From: Anaeramoeba ignava BMAN
Lineage: Eukaryota; Protista; Anaeramoebae
Assembly: GCA_028826165.1 (NCBI GenBank)
Contig: JAPDFW010000076.1
Location: 186,001-250,000 of the forward strand
Reading direction: 5' to 3'
Length of the DNA stretch: 64,000 nt
The notes under the pieces are model-generated. The model worked only from the letters and a program-made list of their open reading frames with translations, was not told where the DNA came from and ran no database searches. Position numbers and translations under genes: made by a program. Positions 1-11,354 of this stretch are shown here, in pieces (the first letter of the stretch is position 1; every line of letters begins with the position of its first letter).

Positions 1-2
1 AT

Positions 3-437
3 ATTGAAAATATTAAAAATATTCAAATCTCAAATTCAGAATCTTTTTCAGATGATGATATTGATAATGAAATAAGTAGTAGTGATAATGAAAATGAAAA
101 TGATAATGATGCTGATTCTGAAATTCCAACTAATTTAAGATATATGAAAGCAATGTTTAATTCATCTGAAAATCAAGAAGTTTTACAATTTTCAGCTGGA
201 GAAATTGTTTATATTGAAAAAATTGTTGATGAAACTTGGTTTTATGGGAATGTTCTTAATAGACCATTTTCTGAATCTGGATTTGTTCCTTATAATTTTC
301 TTGAACCAATTAATGATTCAAAAAAAATTCAAAATATTTTACGAATACATGAGAACATTTTAGAATTAAGAAAACAAGTGATCCAATTACAAAAAAAAAT
401 GACTGAAATGGCTAATTCTTTTAATGATTTAAAATGA
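3..437 (+). CDS. 3' end of an SH3-domain protein with C-terminal coiled coil (5' part lies outside the window)
   Basis: Frame is open from base 3. SH3 signature YMKAMFNS...LQFSAGEIVYI...ETWFYG...GFVPYNFL. Confidence 0.8.
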   Translation: MENIKNIQISNSESFSDDDIDNEISSSDNENENDNDADSEIPTNLRYMKAMFNSSENQEVLQFSAGEIVYIEKIVDETWFYGNVLNRPFSESGFVPYNFLEPINDSKKIQNILRIHENILELRKQVIQLQKKMTEMANSFNDLK

Positions 438-692
438 AAATTAATTGGAAATTGAAAACAAAAAGATTTTTTTTTTCTTTGAACAAAAATTTTAATAATA
501 AGATTGTGATATTTCTTTTTGTCCGTTTTCTTTTTGTTTTCTTTTTGTTGTTTTTAAATAAAAATTTTTTCCCTTTTTCTTTTTCTTTTTCTTTTTCTTT
601 TTTTCGCTTTTTAAAAAAAAATTTTTTTTAATTTTTCATTTTTCATTTTTTTATTTTTCATTTTTCATTTTTCATTTTTAGAGATAGAGAAA

Positions 693-3600
693 ATGTCAGT
701 AAAAGAAACAGGTTATTATGATACTTTAGGTGTTTCTCCTAATGCAACTGAAGTAAATTTTTTTTTCCTTCTTTTAAATTTTAATAAAAAAAAATTAACT
801 AATCAAATTTTTTTTTGTCTGATTTTGTTTTTTTTTTTTAGTCCGAAATTAAAAGTGCTTATAGAAAATTAGCTTTAAAATATCATCCAGATAGAAATCC
901 TAATGGAGCTGAAAAAGTATTTCTTTCTTTTAAAATTCATTTATTAATTAAAATTAAAATTAAATTCATTTATAAAATAATAATTAAAATTAAATTTAAA
1001 ATTAAAATTAAAATTAAAATTAAAATTTAAAATTAAAAATAAAATTAAAATTAAAATTAAAATTAAAATTAAAATTAAAATTAAATTTAAAATTAAAATT
1101 AAAATTTAAAATTTAAATTTAAATTAAAATTAAAAATAAAATTTAAATTAAAATTTAAATTAAAATTAAAATTTAAATTTAAAATTAAAATTAAAATTAA
1201 AATTAAAATTAAAATTAAAATTAAAATTAATATTAAAATTAAAAATAATAATTAAAATTAAAATTAAAATTAAAATTCATTTATTAATTAAAATTAAAAT
1301 TAAAATTAAAATTAAAATCAAAATTTAAATTAAATAAGTTTAAAGAAATTGGAGAAGCTTATGAGGTTTTAAGTAATTCTGAAAAAAGAGAAGTTTATGA
1401 TAAATATGGAAAAGAGGGATTACAAGGTGGAGGAGGAATGGGTGTTGACCCTTTTGATCTTTTTTCATCATTTTTTGGAACAGGATTTTCTTTTGGTAAA
1501 GAGAAAATAAATATTTTAAAATAATAAAATAATAAAATAATAAATTAATAAATTCTAATTACAGGACATCAAAAAAGGAGAAGTGGACCAAGAAGAGGAG
1601 AAGATCTTGTTCATCAACTTCCTGTTTCATTAGAAGATTTGTATAAAGGAAAAACAACTAAAATTGCAGTTAATAAAGATGTGATTTGCCCTGTTTGCAA
1701 TGGGTATTTTTAATAATAAATTTAATAATAATTTTAATAATAAATTAAATAATAATTTAATAATAAATTAAATAATAAATTTAATAATAAATTAAATAAT
1801 AAATTTAATAATAAATTAAATAATAATAAATTAAATAATAAATTTAATAATAAATTAAATAATAAATTAAATAATAAAATAAATAATAAATTAAATAATA
1901 AATTAAATAATAAATTAAATAATAAAATAAATAATAAATTAAATAATAAATTAAATAATAAATTAAATAATAAATTAAATAATAAATTAAATAATAAATT
2001 AAATAATAAATTAAATAAATAAATTAAATAATAATTTAATAATAAATTAAATAATAAATTTAATAATAAATTTAATAATAAATTTAATAATAAATTTAAA
2101 TAATAAATTTAATAATTTAAAATTTAATAAAATAAATTAAATAATAAATTTAAATAATAAATTTAAATAATAAATTAAATAATAAATTTAATAATAAATT
2201 TAAATAAAATAAATTAAATAATAAATTTAATAATAAATTTAAATAATAAATTTAATAATAAATTTAATAATAAATTTAATAATAAATTTTTTAATAATAA
2301 ATTAAATAATAAATTAAATAAAATAATAAATTAAATAATAAATTAAATAATAAATTAAATAATAAATTTAATAATAAATTTAAATAATAAATTTAATAAT
2401 AAATTAAATAATAAATTTAATAAAAAATTAAATAATAATTTTAATAAAAAATTAAATAATAAATTAAATAATAATTTAAATAATAAATTAAATAATAAAT
2501 TTAATAATAAATTTAATAAAAAATTAAATAATAAATTAAAATAATAAATTTAATAATAAATTTAATAAAAAATTAAATAATAAATTAAAATAATAAATTT
2601 AAATAATAAATTTAAATAATTTAGAAAAGGATCAGAAAAACCAGATGCTGTTCAAAAATGTAAAGTTTGTGATGGTCATGGAATTAGAATTACAATACAT
2701 CAAATTGGACCTGGAATGATTCAACAAGTTCAACAAAGATGTGATGTTTGTGGTGGTACTGGAGAAACAATAATGGATGAATATCGTTGCAAGAAATGTA
2801 ATGCTAAAAAGGTTATTAATGAAAGAAAAATTTTAGAAGTTTTTATTGATAAAGGAATGCGATGGGGAGAAAAAATTACATTTCCTGGTGAAGGAGATCA
2901 AGCAGTAAGTTTTTTTTTAAATAAATATTAAATAAATATTAAAATATTAAAATATTAAAATATTAAAATATTAAAATATTAAAATATTAAAATATTAAAA
3001 TATTAAAATATTAAAATATTAAAATATTAAAATATTAAAATATTAAAATATTAAAATATTAAAATATTAAAATATTAAAATATTAAAATATTAAAATATT
3101 AAAATATTAAAATATTAAAATATTAAAATATTAAAATATTAAAATAAAAGCCTGATACAGTAGCTGGTGATGTTGTTTTGGTTCTTTCAGAAAAACATCA
3201 TTCAATATTCCAAAGAAAAGGAAATGATCTTTTTATGACTCACAATTTAACTCTTGTCGAAGCACTTTGTGGATTTGAATTCGTTCTTCAACATCTTGAT
3301 GGAAGACAATTAGTTATCAAATCAGAACAAAATGAGATAATTAAACCAGGTGATGTCCGAGGAATTGAACATCAAGGAATGCCACTTAAAGAAAGTCCTT
3401 ATGAATTTGGAAATTTATATGTTAAATTTGAAGTTGAATTTCCAAAAAAAGGACAAATTAACTCAAAAAATTTCAATGTATTTTGTTCTTTAAAAGATTT
3501 TATATATTTATTTATTTATTTATATTAAAAATTAATATTTCTTTTTTTAGACTCTTAGAGAAATTCTTCCAAATCCAAAAACTCCAAAACACAAACTTAA

Positions 3601-3730
3601 ACAAACGGATATTGTTGTTGAATTAAAAGAAATCCAACAAAACTCTAAAAAATCACAAAGATCTCAACATACTTATTATAGTCAACAAGATTCTGATGAT
3701 GAAAGATCAACTGGTTGCAAACAAATGTAA
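693..3730 (+). CDS. DNAJA: Type I DnaJ/Hsp40 (Ydj1/DNAJA-like), 7 exons: 693-752, 842-916, 1339-1495, 1565-1703, 2625-2904, 3151-3477, 3551-3730
   Basis: J domain with HPD (KYHPDRNP), G/F region, CxxCxGxG zinc-finger repeats, C-terminal domain and CaaX box CKQM. All introns are GT-AG and keep the frame. Confidence 0.95.
945..1335. repeat. (AAAATT)n microsatellite filling DnaJ intron 2
   Basis: Tandem hexamer read directly from the sequence. Confidence 0.9.
1710..2620. repeat. ~12-bp (AATAATAAATTA/T)n array filling DnaJ intron 4
   Basis: Tandem repeat read directly from the sequence. Confidence 0.9.
2922..3145. repeat. (AAAATATT)n octamer array filling DnaJ intron 5
   Basis: Near-perfect tandem octamer. 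Confidence 0.95.
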
Positions 3731-4702
3731 AGGAAAAATTTTCAAAACCAAAAAATTAAGTAAAAGAGATTGATAAAAATGAAGTTTTTACTGAATTAAT
3801 TTTTCATTTTCTTTCAAGAGAGAAAAAATTTAAATCAAAATTTAAATCAAAATCTGAATCTTTTTTTTTCTTTTTTTTCCCTAATAATAATAATAATAAT
3901 AAATTTCTCCAAAACAAAACAAAACAAAACAAAACAAAACAAAATAAAAAAACAAAACAAATTTTTTAAAAAAAAGAAAACCCCCTTTAATATTTTAGTT
4001 TTAAATTTAGTTTTAATTTTAATTTAGTTTTAAATTTAGTTAATTTTTAATTTATTTTTAATTAATTTTTTTAAGTGGAATTTTCTGATTCGATCAAACA
4101 CTTTTCCAAATTTTTTTTTTAAATTTATATTTTAATTAATAATTAATTTTTAATTTTTAATTACGTGTTCATTATTTTAATAATAATTTTAATAAAAATA
4201 TTTTTATTTTTTTTAATTAATTTAATAAATTAAAAAAATTTCTGGCAAAATAGTTATTTTCTTTTAAAAAAAAAATGGCAAAAAAAAACTGGCAAAATAA
4301 ATTAAAAAAATAAAAAAAAAAAATCTTTTCAGATCAAATTTTCCTTTTTTTTTTTCTTTTTTATTTTCTTTTTTGCTTAATCTTTTTGAAGGTTTTTTTT
4401 GGGTTTATTTATTTTTAATTTTTTATTTTTTTATTTTTTTCAAAAGAATGTCAAATTAAAACTTTTTAATTTTTCATTTTTTTCTTCATTCTTTTTCTTT
4501 TTCTTTTTCTTTATTCTTTTTTTTTTTTTTGATTTTCTTTCCAAAAAAAAAAAGTTTATAAAACAAAATAAAACAAAACAACAATCAAAAATCAAAAATC
4601 AAAAAAGATTAAAAAAAAAACAAACAAATTCTTAAAACAAAAAAAAATTTTTTTTCTTAGTTAACAAAAAACCCACAAAAAAAAATTCAAATAAAAAAGC
4701 AA

Positions 4703-7700
4703 ATGAAACAGCACGTTTTCGTGCTTGTAATAATTTTAATAATAAAACTAAGTGAGGCATGTATGCCAATTTCCCAACTTTTTGGGTCAAAATACTTTAG
4801 CGATTGTCATGATATTCATCTTGACGCATCACTTTCTTTTGGAGCCAATCTGACCTTTGAATGGGATTCTTCAGACCCTTCTCTACTTGAATATTGCGAA
4901 GGAATGACATGCAACATTCCATATTCAGCACATAATATGGAAGCATATGAATTCAATGTAACTGTCAAAGATGTTTTCGGAAACAATTCGACATCAACGT
5001 TTAATACTCAAAATGTAACTGATTCTGCGCCGTTAATTTTTATACCTTCTCCTTCAAGTTTTCAAGTCACAAAAAACTTCAATTACACCTTTAATTCTTT
5101 TATTGAGCCAAGTTGTATTAATTCAACGAATCCTCAAGTTTATTGGGTTCTTTTTGATGAAAACGACCAAATTTATTGGCTAGATGATTTTGGTATTATT
5201 GATAATCAAAGAACTTTAGAGATTAATTTTTGTGATGTTGATGTGGCAAATATGACACAATTTAAACTTGTGTTATTTTCTGAATTGATGGAAAGTAGTA
5301 CCTTAAATTATAATAACGATTTAAATGATAAAATCGATAAAAATTATAATAACGATTTAAATGATAAAAACGATTTAAATGATAAAATCGATTTAATTCA
5401 CAAAAATGGCAAAAATGACAATTATAAAATCTATTTAGAAAATTATAAAATCTATAAAAATAACCTCAAACTGCAAACAATCCAATGCCTAAGTTCTATA
5501 ACTTCTCCTTCTCAAATACTTTCTAACCAAACTTCTATTGGTATTTGCAGAAATATCACACTCCAATTCAATCCAAAAGAAATACAAATAAAATTCCAAG
5601 GAGGAAGTTACCGAGAAATCCCGTATTTGAACCTGTTTCAAATCGATGCATCAGAAACAACAGATCCAGATATCTGCTCTGATGATCAATTAAGCTTATT
5701 AAATTTCTCGTGGGAATGCTTCTATTTTGACAACATAACAAATTGCTTTACAGGAAACCCTTTTAGCGACCAACCAGTAATCACAATCAACTCGGCATCC
5801 TTTCCATCAACAGGAGTATATTATTTTGATCTTACAGTAACATCTCCAGATGGGAAGAACGCATCATCTCGCGTTGCTATTAACATAACAGCTGATTTTG
5901 TTGCTCCTCAAGTTTTAATCAGCATAAATTCCGAAGAGCAATTCTTCAATTCTTCGCCAAATTCTGTCCTTGCCAAATCAAGAGTCATCCTGCAGGGATT
6001 TGTTGACGGATTCGCAAGTAAAATTGACGAATATTCATTTCTTGTTTTTTCTTGGGCAATCGAAGACTCAGGAAAAGATACAAATATAAGCATCAACGAT
6101 GCCACAAAATTCCCTTCAGGATTCCAATCGGATTTTCTCGCAATCAATGGATATTCTTTGCAGCCAAATAACACATATAAATTTGTTCTGAAAGTCTGCT
6201 CCAAAAGCAACTCAACAATTTGTGGATCAGCTAAAGCATATCTGGATGTTTTTGCATCTCCTGAATTCGGATGCTTGATAAACAACTCGTTGAATGAGAT
6301 GAATGTGAGTGATTTCAACACCTCATATTTCTTGGCAAAAACAAATCTGGAAGTCGAATCTGTGGATTTGCTTCCGATCATATCGCAATATTGGATTTCC
6401 TGGGATAATTTGCCAATCTCTTTGGATTCTCACCAAATATTCTCTCAGCTCACTACAGCCTCGCTAATGAATCTTGTCGAAATCAATATTCTTCCTCCTG
6501 GGCAAATCACGCTTCTGTTTGCTCAAATGAACGCAGAAAAAATATCCTCGTTTCAAATTATCAACATGACTTTGGAATATCCAAATTTTTCATCACCCAG
6601 TGATTGCGCAACTTTCATTCTTGCGAAACAAGAAGAATATCTTTCCAGTTTAGCATCAATCCCCATTAAGGACGAAACGTCGCAGTCAGAATTCCACAAC
6701 TTTAAATTTGTAGAAACCTTTTATTCCTTGGCAAATGTAACTCCTCAGTTACTCAACCAATACGTGATTCTTGATACCTTGATTTTGATTATGAACTACT
6801 ACGAAACATCTTTTTCATCGTCTTTACTCACTCAAGTTCGCGATGAATTGATCCAATCGCTGCAGCTTCTTGATTCTGGAATCTCTGCAAAGCAAAGCTC
6901 ATCGCGCCATAAAATCACCCAATCCATCCTTGATGCCTTCATTTCAATTCGCTTTTTTCTCACCTCGAATATTTCTTATTCTTCTTACCATCTTGATCTA
7001 CTGCTTGACGAAATGCTTGATTTAATTGAGATGGATTGCTCAAACGACTCAACAGACACATTACCCTTGATTCCAAACGAAATGGAGTTTGGAATTGCAA
7101 ATATTGTGCTGGATTCAATCGATTACATATATCTCAATTCACTTGGAATCTCAGAAAGTCATTCGGACTCAATCACCGAACTCTTTTCCAAAACAACTTC
7201 TCGGATTCTGAGCCATAACTTGTGTCCCCAAAGCGTATTTCTTCCAGAATTCAACCAATTCCACGCAAATTTAACAAATATTTATGGATGGAATCTAAAT
7301 ACAACATTCGAAAGTCCCGAATCAAATAGCGGGCAGAAAATGACTTTCTATTTCCCCGAAGAAGGAATATTCGAGAATCAAGGTTATCACACCGAATGCA
7401 TTTCCGTTGTTTCTGCAGTTTTTGAATCTGATCCTTTCAACGGACAATCACCTTCAAAACAATATCCAGCATCAAATGTCTTTTCCTTAAACATGTTTCT
7501 TCATTCAAACACATCCCAAGAAATCACTTCAGTGTCAGAAACCTTTATTTTTGACATCCCCGTTCACACACACGGAGATACAAGCTTTGAGTGCGGATAT
7601 TGGGATTCAAAAACAAACTCATGGAAAACAGACGATACTTCAAAAATACGCACTTTGGGCATCAATAATAAAAACGGTCGTCTTGAATGTGAATCTCAAG

Positions 7701-7993
7701 TTCTTGGAAGTTTCTTGATTTTCCAAAAATCAAGTAATTCAGGTTCTGGTGAATCTAATAACAAAAAATTAACTATTATCGCCATTTCTGCTCTTTTGGG
7801 TCTTCTTGCTTTGATTATCCCTATTTCTATTTTCCTTATTCGCAAAAGACATACTAAACATGAAAAAACTATGACAAATAAACAAGCTGAAATTGAAATG
7901 GATAAGATTGTGATGCGTCAAAGATATGCTCTTTCACTTGGAAAAAAAGAAGAAAATTCTTCAACTAAAGATCTTGAAAAGGCGTTTTATTAA
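4703..7993 (+). CDS. Single-pass membrane protein with signal peptide, PKD/REJ-like region and a GPS/GAIN-like motif (polycystin-1-like ectodomain)
   Basis: Signal peptide; REJ-like segments (IDASETTDPD...LNFSWEC, LQPNNTYKFVLKV); GPS-like CGYWDSKTNSW...LECESQVLGSF; one TM (IIAISALLGLLALIIPISIFLI) and a short basic tail. Confidence 0.7.
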   Translation: MKQHVFVLVIILIIKLSEACMPISQLFGSKYFSDCHDIHLDASLSFGANLTFEWDSSDPSLLEYCEGMTCNIPYSAHNMEAYEFNVTVKDVFGNNSTSTFNTQNVTDSAPLIFIPSPSSFQVTKNFNYTFNSFIEPSCINSTNPQVYWVLFDENDQIYWLDDFGIIDNQRTLEINFCDVDVANMTQFKLVLFSELMESSTLNYNNDLNDKIDKNYNNDLNDKNDLNDKIDLIHKNGKNDNYKIYLENYKIYKNNLKLQTIQCLSSITSPSQILSNQTSIGICRNITLQFNPKEIQIKFQGGSYREIPYLNLFQIDASETTDPDICSDDQLSLLNFSWECFYFDNITNCFTGNPFSDQPVITINSASFPSTGVYYFDLTVTSPDGKNASSRVAINITADFVAPQVLISINSEEQFFNSSPNSVLAKSRVILQGFVDGFASKIDEYSFLVFSWAIEDSGKDTNISINDATKFPSGFQSDFLAINGYSLQPNNTYKFVLKVCSKSNSTICGSAKAYLDVFASPEFGCLINNSLNEMNVSDFNTSYFLAKTNLEVESVDLLPIISQYWISWDNLPISLDSHQIFSQLTTASLMNLVEINILPPGQITLLFAQMNAEKISSFQIINMTLEYPNFSSPSDCATFILAKQEEYLSSLASIPIKDETSQSEFHNFKFVETFYSLANVTPQLLNQYVILDTLILIMNYYETSFSSSLLTQVRDELIQSLQLLDSGISAKQSSSRHKITQSILDAFISIRFFLTSNISYSSYHLDLLLDEMLDLIEMDCSNDSTDTLPLIPNEMEFGIANIVLDSIDYIYLNSLGISESHSDSITELFSKTTSRILSHNLCPQSVFLPEFNQFHANLTNIYGWNLNTTFESPESNSGQKMTFYFPEEGIFENQGYHTECISVVSAVFESDPFNGQSPSKQYPASNVFSLNMFLHSNTSQEITSVSETFIFDIPVHTHGDTSFECGYWDSKTNSWKTDDTSKIRTLGINNKNGRLECESQVLGSFLIFQKSSNSGSGESNNKKLTIIAISALLGLLALIIPISIFLIRKRHTKHEKTMTNKQAEIEMDKIVMRQRYALSLGKKEENSSTKDLEKAFY

Positions 7994-8233
7994 ATTTTCA
8001 TTCCAATTTCTCAATTATTTTCTTTCAATATTGATTGTGCATTTTTAATTACTTTTTTGAACTATTTCTATTTCTATTTTCTATTTTCTATTTTCTATTT
8101 TCTATTTTCTTTTTTTGAGAATTGTAAATGATTCTCTTTTCTTTCTTTTGTTCATTTTAGTTGTGAATAAATTTTTTTAATGAATGAATCAAAAAAAATT
8201 AAAATCAAAAAAAAAAAATATCATTTTCTTTTT

Positions 8234-11200
8234 CTAAATTTCTTGAAGTGATTTTGCAAAGTATTTTTCATTTCTAAAGGGAATTTCATTATATTCTTTA
8301 ACATTATACCAATCAACAATATAATTTATCTTAAAGAATTGAAGAAGATTATTTTTCCAACCCAAATCAAAAGGATTACAATATTGACCTTCTTTATAGA
8401 AATGTAAGTATCTTTTTAAATTAATTCTTTCATTTGTTGTTAAATTTGCAACTACATTCCGAAGTTGTTGTAAAACTAAAAAGGTTTCCCAAAAAATAAA
8501 AACAATAGTTTGAATAACAGCTGATAAAATCCAAGGTTGTTTTTGGTATACTTGAGCAAGAATATCCCAAATTTCATTGTTTGATTCAATTGATTCATCT
8601 GATTTTTCAAATTGATATTCTTTTACCAAACAATAACATAGCCAAACAAAAATTGTCTGAACAGTGATTGTAATAACAAGAAATATTACAAATAGATCAT
8701 GATTTTTATATCCAACACAATTTAAAGTAAAGCCGCATGTATGATCAAATTTTGCAATACATTTATCAAGAATTTTATCATGTTTTGAACGGAGTGGCTT
8801 AATAATTTCACAAGTAAAACAGAATGTTTTATCTGTAATTGGGAATTTTCCTTTATTTTTTTTTTGTAAGAATTTTTTGATTTCTTCTTCGAGATTTATT
8901 TTTTTTTGTTTAATTATTCCTGGATTTCCAAGAACCAAAATTTTGAAAAAATAAAGCATTATTAAACCTAAAATTATATCAAAGATGATGAGGAATTGAT
9001 GAGAAGAAAACAAATGTGAAGAAGAAAGTTAAGGAAAATATTTTTTTGAATTATTTTTAAATTGAATATTTTTTAAATTATTTTTATATTATTTTTAAAT
9101 TGAATATTTTTAAATTAAATATTTTTAAATTAAATATATTTGAATTATTTTGAATTATTTTTAAATTAAATATTTTCTGGAAAGGATATTTGGTAATAAA
9201 CGGAATATCATAGTTGAGAAAAAGCAAAATATTGCATAACAATATAAACCAAATGCAGCAGGATTCATTCCATGTGATTTAGGATAAATATAACAATTTT
9301 TAAAGAAAGAATAAGCAAGAATTGGAATTATTGTAATAGAAATCCAAAAAGAAGTAAAAACAAAAAAGAAATCAATAAGGAAAAATATTGCAAAAGGAAA
9401 TATAAAAAATAATGGATAAATTCCAATTCCAAAAATTTTAAAATGTTTTAGATAATCTTCAATTTTTAAATCAGAAATAAATTTTGACATTAAAGAATTA
9501 GATTCCCTTGTAACTTGATATGGAGTTCTATGTTCATTATCTTGAACATTTAAATCTCCTCCACTTTCATAAATAATTGAAATTGTTTCTGAATTTGGAC
9601 TTAATGCTGAATAATGAAATGGTGTTTTTCCTTCAATATCTCTTGAATCTATTTTTGCTCCTTTTCTTATTAAAAATCTTGTAATTTGTGATGATCCAGA
9701 CATTGCAGAATAATGAAGAGCTTTGAATTTTGATTTTAATTTTGATTTTAATTTTAATTTTGAATTTAATTTTGATTTGAATTTTGATTTTGATTTTGAT
9801 TTTAATTTGAATTTTGATTTTGATTTTGATTTTGATTTTAATTTTAATTTTGATTTTGATTTAGATTTTGATTTTGATTTTGATTTTGATTTTAATTTTG
9901 ATTTTAATTTTGATTTTGATTTTGATTTTGATTTTAAATTTGATTTTAATTTTGATTTTGATTTTGATTTTAATTTTAATTTTAATTTTGATTTTGATTT
10001 TGATTTTGATTTTAAATTTGATTTTGATTTTGATTTTGATTTTAATTTTAATTTTGATTTTGATTTTGATTTTGATTTTGATTTTGATTTTGATTTTGAT
10101 TTTGATTTTAATTTTGATTTTAATTTTGATTTTAATTTTGATTTTGATTTTAATTTTTGATTTTGATTTTGATTTTGATTTTGATTTTGATTTTGATTTT
10201 GATTTTGATTTTGATTTTGATTTTGATTTTATTTTTGATTTTGATTTTGATTTTGATTTTGATTTTGATTTTAATTTTATTTTTAATTTTGATTTTGATT
10301 TTGATTTTGATTTTGATTTTGATTTTGAATTTTGATTTTGATTTTGATTTTGATTTTGATTTTAATTTTAATTTTGATTTTAATTTTGATTTTGATTTTG
10401 ATTTTGATTTTGATTTTGATTTTAATTTTGATTTTGATTTTGATTTTGATTTTGATTTTGATTTTGATTTTGATTTTGATTTTGATTTTGATTTTGATTT
10501 TAATTTTGATTTTGATTTTGATTTTGATTTTGATTTTGATTTTAATTTTGATTTTAATTTTGATTTTAATTTTTAATTTTGATTTTGATTTTGATTTTGA
10601 TTTTGATTTATATTTTGATTTTGATTTTTATTTTGATTTTGATTTTGATTTTAATTTATATTTTGATTTTGATTTTGAATTTGATTTTGATTTTGATTTT
10701 GATTTTAATTTTGATTTTGATTTTGATTTTAATTTTAATTTTGATTTTAATTTGATTTTGATTTTCATTTTGATTTTGATTTATATTTTGATTTTGCCAA
10801 TTTACGAGTTCTTTGATTATCATCTAGAAGATCAACAGATAAACCTTTAGAAAGTAAATAAAAACAAACTAATGATTTATTTAATTTTGCAGCTAAATGT
10901 AAAGGCATTAAACCATTTATATCAGTCTAAAAAAAAATAGAAAATAAAAAAAATTTTCGAATTTAAACTAAATATTTATTTATATACTTGATATAAATCA
11001 GCACCATTTTCAATTAAAAGGTGACAAAATAATAAAGAACCACTTGCACAAGCCCAATGAAGAGGTGTATGACGGTTAATATCAACAAGACTAATATCAG
11101 CTCCATTATCTAAAAGAAATTTTGCAATATCATATCTATCATTAAATGCACACCAATGAAGTGCTGTTGTTTGTTGTTGATCTTTTTCATTGATTTCTTG

Positions 11201-11281
11201 TCCTTGTTTAACCATTTCTTGTATTTTATTAAAATCTCCTTCTCTAACTGTATTTATAAAATTTGTTGAAGAAAATTCCAT
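8234..11281 (-). CDS. Ankyrin-repeat DHHC-family palmitoyltransferase (Akr1/ZDHHC17-like); exons 11281-10988, 10926-10806, 9720-9190, 9015-8234
   Basis: N-terminal ankyrin repeats, TM helices, FCFTCEIIKPLRSKH...CIAKFDHTC...NCVGYKNH, TTNE and NPFDLGW motifs. Splice phases restore a single frame. Confidence 0.9.
9016..9189 (-). other. U12-type (minor spliceosome) AT-AC intron
   Basis: 5' site ATATCCTTT (9189-9181); branch site TTCCTTAAC (9036-9028) lying 12 nt before the intron's 3' end (terminal AC, 9017-9016). Splicing joins RLLPN to LFSSHQ in frame. Confidence 0.92.
9723..10795. repeat. (TTTTGA/TTTTAA)n microsatellite filling the 1085-nt GT-AG intron 9721-10805 of the palmitoyltransferase
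   Basis: Tandem hexamer. Flanking exons join as DDNQRT-P-LHYSAM. Confidence 0.9.
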
Positions 11282-11354
11282 TTGAGTAAAAAAAAATGAA
11301 AAAAAAAATGAAAAAAAAAATTTGGATTAAATTCAAAAAAAAGAAGAAGAATGA

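Noticed and set aside
4160-4300. TGGCAAAA x3 and ACGTGTTC (also ~63109) as candidate transcription-factor sites
   Set aside because: Too short and too few to support without enrichment statistics.
5908-6381. Antisense or overlapping ORFs within long genes (also many at 16511-20565 and 58631-61528)
   Set aside because: Shadow frames of real CDSs with no recognisable motifs.
9723-10850. FDFD / ILIL ORFs (also at 33221-33706, 35384-35908, 37464-38912, 39681-41616, 48823-49195)
   Set aside because: Stop-free frames of hexamer microsatellites in introns, intergenic DNA, or alternative/antisense frames of NQ tracts; not genes.
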